26,952 nucleotides of DNA from Fusobacteriota bacterium (GTDB taxonomy: Bacteria > Fusobacteriota > Fusobacteriia > Fusobacteriales > JBNJFI01), in the NCBI GenBank assembly GCA_051746725.1, contig JBNJFI010000013.1:4735-31686 (forward strand). Reading direction: 5' to 3'. The position numbers and the translations under genes are program-made. Below are positions 18,381 through 26,849 of the stretch, piece by piece; position 1 is the stretch's first letter, and each line of letters opens with the position of its first letter. Under the pieces are notes generated by a model. It ran no database searches. It saw nothing but the letters and a program-made list of their open reading frames with translations, and was not told the DNA's origin.

Positions 18381-21300
18381 TTGAAAAGATTAAAAGGGGG
18401 AATGTTATTATTTTTAGCAGTGATATTTTTATTTATAGGCTGCTTTAAAAATAATAATGAAGAAAATATTAATGTTAAAGGAGTAAGAGTTCTAAAAGAA
18501 AATGGAAAGATAAATATCTATTCAGATTTAGATGAGAGCCTTTTAGGTTTAGAAGTAACTATAGATAGAAAAATAAAAGAAAAAGATTTAATGATGGAGG
18601 CTGGTTATTTAGATATAACAAATATTAAAAATGAAAAGACAGAGATGGCCTTAGTTAAATTAGAGGATGCGATCAATAAAGGTGATAAAATATTTTCTGT
18701 ATCTAATATTTCAGGAAATGTATCGATAAAAGTTTCAAAGCAGAGTACTCAAGATGAATTTGATAATATTGAAAGTATTTTAAAAAATAAGAGATCTGAT
18801 GTTCCTAATATTCTTTTGGGAGATTTCACCAATAGTGGTAGAGTTGAATTGGAAGATTTGAACCTTTTTTGCCAATCATTTAAGAGTCAAAAAGGAGAAA
18901 CTCGATATAATTCAAATTATGATATTTATCCGGCTCAAAAAGGAATTGGAGATTGGGGAAATATTTATAGTGTAGTAAATCCAGATGATAAAGTAGACTT
19001 AAAAGATTTTGTTATCTTAGGTCGAAATTTTAATAAAGAAAAACCCACAGAAATAGTACCAGAATCGATATCGATATCTTTTCCAAATAATATTATATTG
19101 GGAGAACCTAACAAGTTAGAAGCTATAATAAATTATACAGATGATAGCAGTAAAATAGAAGATGTACAATGGGAGATTTCAGACTCAACAGTTGCTGAAA
19201 TTTTGAATCCAGATGGTGATGAAGGTACTGATAAGTATCTTAATGGTATATCAGAAGGAACAATAATTCTTACAGCGAGAAAATATGATTTAGTTAAGAA
19301 TAAAACGATTATAATTCAAGAAGAATTTAATGATGGTATAAAAATTAATGTAAAGGATTATAATTACATATGGGCATGGGATACTACTGATGACACAATT
19401 AACTATACTGGTGGAAGTTGGCCAGGAATAGAAATGGAAGAACATTCCAAAAAAGTTGGCTGGTATACATACATGATATCATTAGAAGAATTAAATGGCG
19501 TAAATGATGTAAGCGTTATTTTGAGTGAGACTGGAAGTAACCAATCTGCAACGAAAAACTTAGAGGTTGGAGAATGGTGGTATGATGGAAGTTGGCATGA
19601 TCATGATCCGGATATTGATATATTGCCACCAAGTGAAATCGTTAGTACTCCAAAGTCTGGGAATCATGAAGAGAGTAATCTGATTATTTCTTTAGAAGCT
19701 ATAGATAATATAGATCCAGAACCAGTGATTTATTATACTTTAGATGGAACTATTCCAGATGAAACAAGTGAAGTGTACACAGAATCAATAAATATCAATT
19801 CAGATACTACAATAAAGGCTATGGCAGTAGATAATGTAGGGAATGGATCTGAGATTTTTCAACTGGAATTCAATTTAAATAGAGATATTTATCCTCCTGT
19901 AGTTGGAACTTCAATAGAACCAGGTAGATATGATAATCCACAGACATTGATGTTAGATATTTCTGATGATAAAGATAATACTCCACTTGCTTATTATACG
20001 ATAGATGGGACTACTCCTACGAAAGAGTCAACGCTTTATAATGGACAATCTTTAAATGTAGAAAACGATACAATTATAAAGGTGTTAGCAGAAGATAAAT
20101 CTGGTAATAACAAAATATATAGTTTTAGATATGCTATTGGTGAAATTAATTTACCTGAAAGAGACGATTTTAGACAAGAAAGTGTATATTTTTTGATGAC
20201 AACTAGATTTTATGATGGAGACTCTTCAAATAATAGATACACTAGATGGGGACTAAATGCAGGGAATGATGAAAATAATGATCCAGGTTGGAGAGGTGAT
20301 TTTGCTGGATTAATAGAAAAATTAGATTATATAAAAGCACTTGGATTTTCAGCTATATGGATTACTCCTCCTGTTTTGAATAGAAGTGATGGAGATTATC
20401 ACGGGTATCATGCTTGGGATATGAGCCAAATAGATGGAAGATTAACTTCTCAAGGAGCATCTTATCAAGATCTTATTGATGCTGCCCATGATAAGGGACT
20501 AAAAGTTATTCAAGATATTGTATTAAATCATAGCTCGAGGTATGGAGAAAAAAATCTAGGCGGAAGAATTCTATGGGGTGACCCAGATGATCCAGATTGG
20601 GGAAATGCTAAAAATGGTGGAGAAGCTGATTATTATGATGAATATAATCCAGATTTTGAATATGATGGAATAACAACAGAACCTATATCAGGTAAGTCAA
20701 ATATGTATATAGGAGATGTTTATCAGACTGAAAAACCAACTCAAGAAGATTTGCCTTGGTTATGGGAAGATGGAGATGATGATTTTTCAAATAATCCTTA
20801 TTTAGAACCATATTTAAACTTAGACTATATGACTTATGGAGAATTAGTTCCTAACCTTGATTTATGGGGAGGAACAACTAAATGGACTAGTGATGAAGGA
20901 TGGAAAATATATCAATATCAATGGTCAGAATTTGGATATAGTTTATTGAACCCTGAAATATATCATATAATGACTTTGAAAAATTGGGAAGACTATACTT
21001 GTCAACTGGGGTCTATACATCCGGATTGTGTTGACTTGAATACTGAAAGCAAACCAGTTCAAGATTATCTAATTGATACCTACAATCGATATATTGAAAT
21101 GGGAGTAGATGGATTTAGGATAGATACTGTTAAACATATAAGTAGGGTAATGTTTAATAGACATTTTATACCAGCTTTTGAAGAAAAAGCAAGACAAGTT
21201 AGAGGTAAGGATGATTTTTATATGGTTGGAGAAGTTGCAACTCGTGTTGGTGAGGTTTGGAATAAAGGGCACGCTCCATTATCTGTTCCGTTTTATACAT

Positions 21301-22220
21301 GGAAAGAGAGAACTGAATATAGTGCGGATGATGAAAAAGCTGCTTGGGAAGGTTATAATTATGAAGAAGGAAGAGGAACTTCAGATCAACCAACAAGTAA
21401 TAATCATTATTTAGAAGGAAATGATTATAGAGAACCTGATTACACTGAATCTTCTGGACTAGATGTTATAGATTTTAGAATGCATTGGAACTTCCAAAGC
21501 GCAGGATCTGCTTTTAATGTCAAAGATGGAGATCATTTTACTAATGATGCCACTAAAAATTTAACATATGTTGAATCACATGATTATAGTCCTGTGGAAA
21601 TAGGTGGAGATCATTATGCTAGAGTAAGTGATGAAGCTACAATGGCAGAAAATTGGAGTTTGATGTTTACTTGGAGAGGAATCCCAACTATATATTATGG
21701 TAATGAAATATTATTTAAAGCTGGGGCTCAAATAGATGGAGATCCTAATAAATTGCAGTTAGAAGATTCAGGAAGAGCTTATTATGGGGAACATCTAGAG
21801 GGAACTGTAGAGGCTAGTGATTTTGGAGAATATACTGCTAGTGGGACTGTTGCCCAGACTTTGGAACATCCATTGGCTCAACATCTAATAAGATTAAATA
21901 AGATTAGAAGATCTATACCTGCTCTTCAAATGGGACAATATTCAACTGATGGAATAAGCGGTGCACTTGCATTTAAAAGGAGATATACAGATGATAATAT
22001 AGATAGTTTTGCTTTAGTAAGCATTTCAGGAGATGCTTCTTTTTCAGAAATACCTAATGGAAGATATGTAGATGCTGTTACTGGAGATGAAAAGCAGGTA
22101 ACAGATGGTAATTTAAATATATCAGTTTCAGGCAAGGGGAATATTAGAATATATGTATTAGATACAGTTAAAACATTAGCTCCTGGAAAAATTGGTGAAG
22201 ATGGGAAATATATTTATTAA
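18381..22220 (+). CDS. Lipoprotein GH13 alpha-amylase (possibly GH13_42-like) with dockerin-like, Big_2, CBM26-like and two CHB_HEX_C-like modules
   Basis: TTG start with GGGGG RBS; lipobox FIGC; dockerin-like 18813-19037; YIWAW...WPG..M...GWY (CBM26-like); DFRQESVYFLMTTRF, DIVLNH, GFRIDTVKH, MVGEV, YVESHD. Confidence 0.9.
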   Translation: MKRLKGGMLLFLAVIFLFIGCFKNNNEENINVKGVRVLKENGKINIYSDLDESLLGLEVTIDRKIKEKDLMMEAGYLDITNIKNEKTEMALVKLEDAINKGDKIFSVSNISGNVSIKVSKQSTQDEFDNIESILKNKRSDVPNILLGDFTNSGRVELEDLNLFCQSFKSQKGETRYNSNYDIYPAQKGIGDWGNIYSVVNPDDKVDLKDFVILGRNFNKEKPTEIVPESISISFPNNIILGEPNKLEAIINYTDDSSKIEDVQWEISDSTVAEILNPDGDEGTDKYLNGISEGTIILTARKYDLVKNKTIIIQEEFNDGIKINVKDYNYIWAWDTTDDTINYTGGSWPGIEMEEHSKKVGWYTYMISLEELNGVNDVSVILSETGSNQSATKNLEVGEWWYDGSWHDHDPDIDILPPSEIVSTPKSGNHEESNLIISLEAIDNIDPEPVIYYTLDGTIPDETSEVYTESININSDTTIKAMAVDNVGNGSEIFQLEFNLNRDIYPPVVGTSIEPGRYDNPQTLMLDISDDKDNTPLAYYTIDGTTPTKESTLYNGQSLNVENDTIIKVLAEDKSGNNKIYSFRYAIGEINLPERDDFRQESVYFLMTTRFYDGDSSNNRYTRWGLNAGNDENNDPGWRGDFAGLIEKLDYIKALGFSAIWITPPVLNRSDGDYHGYHAWDMSQIDGRLTSQGASYQDLIDAAHDKGLKVIQDIVLNHSSRYGEKNLGGRILWGDPDDPDWGNAKNGGEADYYDEYNPDFEYDGITTEPISGKSNMYIGDVYQTEKPTQEDLPWLWEDGDDDFSNNPYLEPYLNLDYMTYGELVPNLDLWGGTTKWTSDEGWKIYQYQWSEFGYSLLNPEIYHIMTLKNWEDYTCQLGSIHPDCVDLNTESKPVQDYLIDTYNRYIEMGVDGFRIDTVKHISRVMFNRHFIPAFEEKARQVRGKDDFYMVGEVATRVGEVWNKGHAPLSVPFYTWKERTEYSADDEKAAWEGYNYEEGRGTSDQPTSNNHYLEGNDYREPDYTESSGLDVIDFRMHWNFQSAGSAFNVKDGDHFTNDATKNLTYVESHDYSPVEIGGDHYARVSDEATMAENWSLMFTWRGIPTIYYGNEILFKAGAQIDGDPNKLQLEDSGRAYYGEHLEGTVEASDFGEYTASGTVAQTLEHPLAQHLIRLNKIRRSIPALQMGQYSTDGISGALAFKRRYTDDNIDSFALVSISGDASFSEIPNGRYVDAVTGDEKQVTDGNLNISVSGKGNIRIYVLDTVKTLAPGKIGEDGKYIY

Positions 22221-22248
22221 TAAATAACAAACGAATTAATAAAAAAAT

Positions 22249-22287
22249 AAAAAAAGATGGCACTTTAGAAAAGTGCTATCTTTTTTT
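22249..22287 (+). terminator. Rho-independent terminator ending the amylase cluster
   Basis: GATGGCACTTT / AAAGTGCTATC hairpin between A7 and T7 tracts. Confidence 0.85.
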
Positions 22288-22321
22288 GGTAAAAATAAGA
22301 ATAATTTAATTAATATTAAAC

Positions 22322-22351
22322 TAGACAAAAATTAAGTAGATATGATATAAT
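22322..22351 (+). promoter_or_regulatory. Sigma70-type promoter (extended -10) of the gshB-like operon
   Basis: TAGACA (22322-22327), 18 bp ending in TGA, TATAAT (22346-22351); AAGGAGG RBS. Confidence 0.6.
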
Positions 22352-22395
22352 ATACTGTAAATATAAAATTTGTTATAAATCTGAAGGAGGAAAGA

Positions 22396-23445
22396 ATGAA
22401 TATTTGTTTTGTAATTAATGAATGGAAAAAAATTAACCCCGAAAAGGATACAACTTTAAGGTTGATACATGAATGCGCTTTAAGAGGTCATAATATTGGA
22501 ATAATATATCCTAGAAACTTAACTATTAGAGATAATATAACTTATGGATTTGTAAAATTAATTAAAATGGTGGATAAAATCAGCAAAAAAGCAACAACTT
22601 TTTATAAGAAGGTAGAATTTAAAGAACAATTGCTTCCTTTAACAGGATTTGATGCAATATTTCTTAGAAAAAACCCACCGCTAAATAATGTAATGTTAAA
22701 TTTTATGGATTCTATAAAAGATGAGACCTTTATTTTAAATGATGTAGAAGGCTTGAGAAAGGCAAATAATAAACTATATACTGCTAGTTTTCATGGACCT
22801 TCAAGTGATTACCTGCCAAGAACCTATGTATCTAAAAATATAGAATATCTAAAAGGTGTTATTGACAATAATCCAGAAGAGAAGATGATATTGAAGCCTT
22901 TAGATGGATACGGTGGAAGTGGTGTTATAGTTATAGAAAAATCTGCTAAGAATAATTTAAATTCATTACTAGATTTTTATATTAATAGTAAAGGCGGGCG
23001 GCATTATATAATACTTCAGGAATATATAGAAGGAGCAGAAAATGGAGATATTCGGGTTTTGATGTTGAATGGGCAACCTATAGGAGCATATAGAAGAGTT
23101 CCTGCATCTGGAGAGTTACGGGCAAATATAAGTGTAGGAGGAACAGCTCAAAAACATGTTTTAACAAAAGAAGAGATAAGGATATGTAAACAAATAGGAA
23201 AACATTTGATTCAAGATGGGATATATTTTGCTGGATTAGATATTATAAATAATAAATTAATAGAAGTAAATGTACAAAGTCCAGGTGGAATAGTAAATAT
23301 AAATAAAATGAATAAGGTTAAATTAGAGAAAAAAGTTGTAGATTTTATAGAAGAAAAAGTACACGAACGAGAAGAGTGGAATAACAGAAAAGAGTTCAGA
23401 CTTAAAAAGAAAAAGACTTTTAAAGAAGAGGTTACAAATGCTTAG
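22396..23445 (+). CDS. gshB: Glutathione synthetase-like ATP-grasp ligase (GshB family; true substrate uncertain)
   Basis: KDTTLRL...RGH, FDAIFLRKNPP, ILKPLDGYGGSGV, QEYI....GDIRV, RANISVGG, GLDII....IEVNVQSPGG. Confidence 0.8.
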   Translation: MNICFVINEWKKINPEKDTTLRLIHECALRGHNIGIIYPRNLTIRDNITYGFVKLIKMVDKISKKATTFYKKVEFKEQLLPLTGFDAIFLRKNPPLNNVMLNFMDSIKDETFILNDVEGLRKANNKLYTASFHGPSSDYLPRTYVSKNIEYLKGVIDNNPEEKMILKPLDGYGGSGVIVIEKSAKNNLNSLLDFYINSKGGRHYIILQEYIEGAENGDIRVLMLNGQPIGAYRRVPASGELRANISVGGTAQKHVLTKEEIRICKQIGKHLIQDGIYFAGLDIINNKLIEVNVQSPGGIVNINKMNKVKLEKKVVDFIEEKVHEREEWNNRKEFRLKKKKTFKEEVTNA

Positions 23446-25444
23446 TTTAACTGTAGAAGAGTTGATCGGAAAGATAAAAGTTGAAGAAAATGTCACTGCT
23501 GAACTTTCTGATGGATCTATAACAGTTATAATCGAAAAATATGTCCCTTATATATGTACAGCGATTCATAACGGAGATAATTTAAGGAAGGATCTAGAAG
23601 AAAAAATAATATTAAATAAGGATGAGAGATGGAGAGAGGAAGATCCATTTACAGATCAATTTATTGAACCTTTACCTATAAGGATAATTGCAAATGATTC
23701 TAGGTTTGAGTATGATTTAAATCGTAGACCAGAAATTGCTATATATGAAGAAGCTTGGGGCAAAAAAGTCTGGAAAAAGCCTCTTTTGGACAAAGAGAAA
23801 AAACTTTCTTTAAAAAAACACCAAAATTTTTATAAAGTTTTAGAAGCTTTAGTAAAAAAAATCGAGTCTAAATTTGGAGCAGCTATAATTTACGATATTC
23901 ACTCATATAATTATCAAAGAGAAAACCAAAAAAAAGGCCTTCCTGTATTTAATATAGGTACTGAAAAAATAGATAGAAACAGGTTCGCTAAATATATAGA
24001 TAGGTTCAAAGATAAATTAAAAAATATTGAATTTGAATCTATAAAAAATAAAGTGGGAGAAAATGAAGTCTTTTTTGGAAGAGGTTATCTTCTAGAATAT
24101 ATAACAAATAAATTTCAAAACACATTGGTTTTAGCAACGGAAATAAAAAAAGTATATTGTAATGAAAAAAATAAAGATGAGTATCCAGAAGTGATATCTA
24201 TAATTAAGCATGGTCTTAGAACTGCAATAATAGATGTATCAAAAATATATTTGAATAATGAATCTAATATAAAAATTACAAAAAAGTATAAACTCTTATC
24301 TACAGGATTAAAGGCAGATATAAAGAGTATAGATAAGGAAATATATAGACTTTTAAAAGACTTTGAAATGCTAGTTTTTATCAATCCTGTAAACATAGAA
24401 GGAGAAAAAAACAAATTCTTTAAGTCAAAATATACAAGAGAACCAAAATTTAAGTATAGAGCATTAAATATAGATCCTTATGATGTTAAAAAGAAATTAT
24501 ACGAGCTTCCTATAGGAGATATAGAGGATATAACTTTGAGAAAACTATATAAAGATGTGATTGAATTTTATTCAAAAAAGGTAGATCTATTATTAAATAG
24601 AAATACGCCAAATTTTAAATATCTTTCACTGATGTTATTTGGGAAACCAGATAAAACAGATATAGCTAATGCCAGATATTTAATTCACTCTATGAATATA
24701 GATAAAAATAATGGAAAGATATATGATTCTCTAGAGTCTGTCGAAAAACTAAGACAAGTTGTAGAAGGTTATGGATTTAATTGTAAGGTTAGAGAAAGTA
24801 AAAATATAGTTTCTAGGGCTATGGTTATAAATAATAAAAAGACTTTAAAAATCAAAAAAGGTATAAAATTTAATTCTGATGAATTATATGCCATGGGGGC
24901 TCATGAAGTAGGTGTCCATCTTTTAACTACAATAAATTCTAGAAATCAGCCATTGAAAATTTTAAACTTAGGATTGCCAGGAAATACAGAAACTCAAGAA
25001 GGACTTGCAATTTTAGCAGAATATCTTTCGGGACATCTAGACTTTAAGAGACTGAAAATGTTAGCATATAGAACTATATCCGTAAACTTAATGCTAAAAG
25101 GATATTCTTTTAGTGAAGTATTTGAATATTTTATGGATGAACATGGATTTAATAGAGAAGATGCTTTTTATTTAACTACTAGGATATTTAGAAGTGGTGG
25201 ATTTACTAAAGATTATCTGTATTTAAAGGGGTTTGTAAAGATAAAGAATTTTTATCAAAAAAGGGATTTGAAAAATCTTTTAGTTGGAAAAACGAGTATT
25301 GAGTATTATGATATAATTAAAGAACTAATAGATAGGAAAATATTAAAAAGTCCTAAATATATAACTAAAGAGTTTTCTAAAGAAAAAAATGAAGATGATA
25401 TTTTAGATTTCATAATAGGGAGTCTAAAAGGAATAAAAGAATAA
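23438..25444 (+). CDS. Fusion of an N-formylglutamate amidohydrolase-like domain and a DUF1704/QEGLA-motif metallo-carboxypeptidase domain
   Basis: N half: TAIHNG, REEDPFTD, SRFEYDLNR, YDIHSYN. C half: HEVGVH (HExxxH), TQEGLA, RIFRSGGFTKDYLYL.G. 8-nt overlap with the upstream gene. Confidence 0.8.
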   Translation: MLSLTVEELIGKIKVEENVTAELSDGSITVIIEKYVPYICTAIHNGDNLRKDLEEKIILNKDERWREEDPFTDQFIEPLPIRIIANDSRFEYDLNRRPEIAIYEEAWGKKVWKKPLLDKEKKLSLKKHQNFYKVLEALVKKIESKFGAAIIYDIHSYNYQRENQKKGLPVFNIGTEKIDRNRFAKYIDRFKDKLKNIEFESIKNKVGENEVFFGRGYLLEYITNKFQNTLVLATEIKKVYCNEKNKDEYPEVISIIKHGLRTAIIDVSKIYLNNESNIKITKKYKLLSTGLKADIKSIDKEIYRLLKDFEMLVFINPVNIEGEKNKFFKSKYTREPKFKYRALNIDPYDVKKKLYELPIGDIEDITLRKLYKDVIEFYSKKVDLLLNRNTPNFKYLSLMLFGKPDKTDIANARYLIHSMNIDKNNGKIYDSLESVEKLRQVVEGYGFNCKVRESKNIVSRAMVINNKKTLKIKKGIKFNSDELYAMGAHEVGVHLLTTINSRNQPLKILNLGLPGNTETQEGLAILAEYLSGHLDFKRLKMLAYRTISVNLMLKGYSFSEVFEYFMDEHGFNREDAFYLTTRIFRSGGFTKDYLYLKGFVKIKNFYQKRDLKNLLVGKTSIEYYDIIKELIDRKILKSPKYITKEFSKEKNEDDILDFIIGSLKGIKE

Positions 25445-25482
25445 GATAAAACTAAAAAATAAATAATGAAAAAATAAATAAT

Positions 25483-25520
25483 AAAAGAGTCTTGCTAAGT
25501 TAATTAGCAAGACTCTTTTT
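25483..25520. terminator. Bidirectional terminator between convergent genes
   Basis: AAAAGAGTCTTGCTAA / TTAGCAAGACTCTTTT perfect stem. Confidence 0.85.
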
Positions 25521-25532
25521 GTTTAATTGATA

Positions 25533-26747
25533 TTACTCTAAAACCTTTTTTGCTTTTTCATCAATTTCATCTAAAGTAAAGTTAGCTATAAATATTCCTA
25601 AAATAACTAATATGATTAATGGATAAAAAACATATAGGTAAGATCCAAATATATCTTTAACAATTCCCGAAAGGAACCCTTGAATTAAAGCTCCGATTCC
25701 ATAAGCTGTAAAAACTAAACCATAATTTTCAGAATAATATTTGTGACCAAATATATTTGAAGTAGAAGCAGGTGCTATAGATAACCAACCTCCTAGATTA
25801 GCCCACATAACAGAAAATGTAAATACAAATACAACTCTGCTTTGAGAGAATATCAATATAAGAATTGATACAGCTAAAATAGATGAATATGAAATTATAG
25901 CAGCTTTTTTGCTCCCAAGTTTATCTGTAATAGCTCCAAAGACGGGCCTTCCTAAACCGTTGAAAATTGCAAAAAAGGAAGTTAAAAAGGCGGCCTTTGT
26001 AGAGGTAAAGCCAAGAACTTCTTGTGCATAAACACTTGAAATCCCAATTATCATTAATCCTGCTAATGTTCCAATGGTATAACAACTCCATAAACCGTAA
26101 AATTGAGAAGTTTTAATCATATCCTTTAAACTATAATGCACAGTTAAATCAACTTCTTCACTATCTTTTTTGAAAGCAGGATATCTTAGGAACATTGAGA
26201 AAAAAGCTAGTATTATCAAAAATGCAATTCCTAAAATTCTGAAAGTATTAAATACTCCAAATGCCCTTATTAATTTTTCTGATATCGGAGCAGTTATAAA
26301 TGGAGATAATCCAAATCCAAGTAGAGTTAATCCAACGGCAAAACCTTTTTTTTCAGGGTACCATTTGGAAACTACAGCCAAGGGAACACCGTAAATAATC
26401 CCAACTCCTATACCTCCAAGTAATCCATATGTAAAAATCAAAGTTTGCATACTTCCAACTATACTAGAAGATATCCAAGCTACTGCAACAAAAGCAGTTC
26501 CAATTATTGAAACTAGTTTTGGTGAAGTTTTTGCTATTAACTTACCGGCAAATGGCATAGAAAAAGCATATGCTAATAAAAATACAGTATAAGGCATATT
26601 AGCAATAGTTTGAGGCACCTCTTCGCCATTTAATTTTTCGAATGCATCTACCAGAGGCTTTTGGAATACACTCCATGAATAAATAGTCCCTAAACATAAA
26701 AACATTAGTAGACCAATTCCGATGTACATAAACCTATTCTTTCTCAT
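25533..26747 (-). CDS. MFS transporter, OFA (oxalate:formate antiporter / monocarboxylate) family
   Basis: About 12 hydrophobic segments; GTIYSWSVF, KWYPEKKGFAVGL...GFG, FNGLGRPVFGAITDKLG, FG.KY...NYG. ATG 26747 fits the AAGGAG RBS better than 26753. Confidence 0.88.
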   Translation of the reverse strand: MRKNRFMYIGIGLLMFLCLGTIYSWSVFQKPLVDAFEKLNGEEVPQTIANMPYTVFLLAYAFSMPFAGKLIAKTSPKLVSIIGTAFVAVAWISSSIVGSMQTLIFTYGLLGGIGVGIIYGVPLAVVSKWYPEKKGFAVGLTLLGFGLSPFITAPISEKLIRAFGVFNTFRILGIAFLIILAFFSMFLRYPAFKKDSEEVDLTVHYSLKDMIKTSQFYGLWSCYTIGTLAGLMIIGISSVYAQEVLGFTSTKAAFLTSFFAIFNGLGRPVFGAITDKLGSKKAAIISYSSILAVSILILIFSQSRVVFVFTFSVMWANLGGWLSIAPASTSNIFGHKYYSENYGLVFTAYGIGALIQGFLSGIVKDIFGSYLYVFYPLIILVILGIFIANFTLDEIDEKAKKVLE

Positions 26748-26820
26748 AATCATCTCCTTGTTTGTTTTTTGGGACAGATTTTCTTAATATTAAATTAGAG
26801 TACTTCTGCCCCTAAGCAGT

Positions 26821-26849
26821 ATTATACAATATTTTTTCAAAAAAGTAAA
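26821..26849 (-). promoter_or_regulatory. Possible sigma70 promoter of the MFS gene
   Basis: Minus strand TTTACT (26849-26844), 17 bp, TATAAT (26826-26821). Confidence 0.4.

Noticed and set aside
4180..22135. Short ORFs inside the GH13 genes (4180, 4766, 7635, 8604, 8984, 11070, 13571, 13765, 14297, 16889, 21069, 21178, 21199, 21926)
   Set aside because: Antisense or off-frame shadows of long, motif-supported CDSs, with no recognisable motifs.
3074..22220. Bacteroidota-type Sus polysaccharide utilisation locus, or a cellulosome
   Set aside because: No SusC/SusD or TonB-dependent receptor in the window; all catalytic domains are GH13 and there is no multi-cohesin scaffoldin here.
24115..26394. 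ORFs 24115-24414 (-) and 26170-26394 (+)
   Set aside because: Antisense to well-supported genes.
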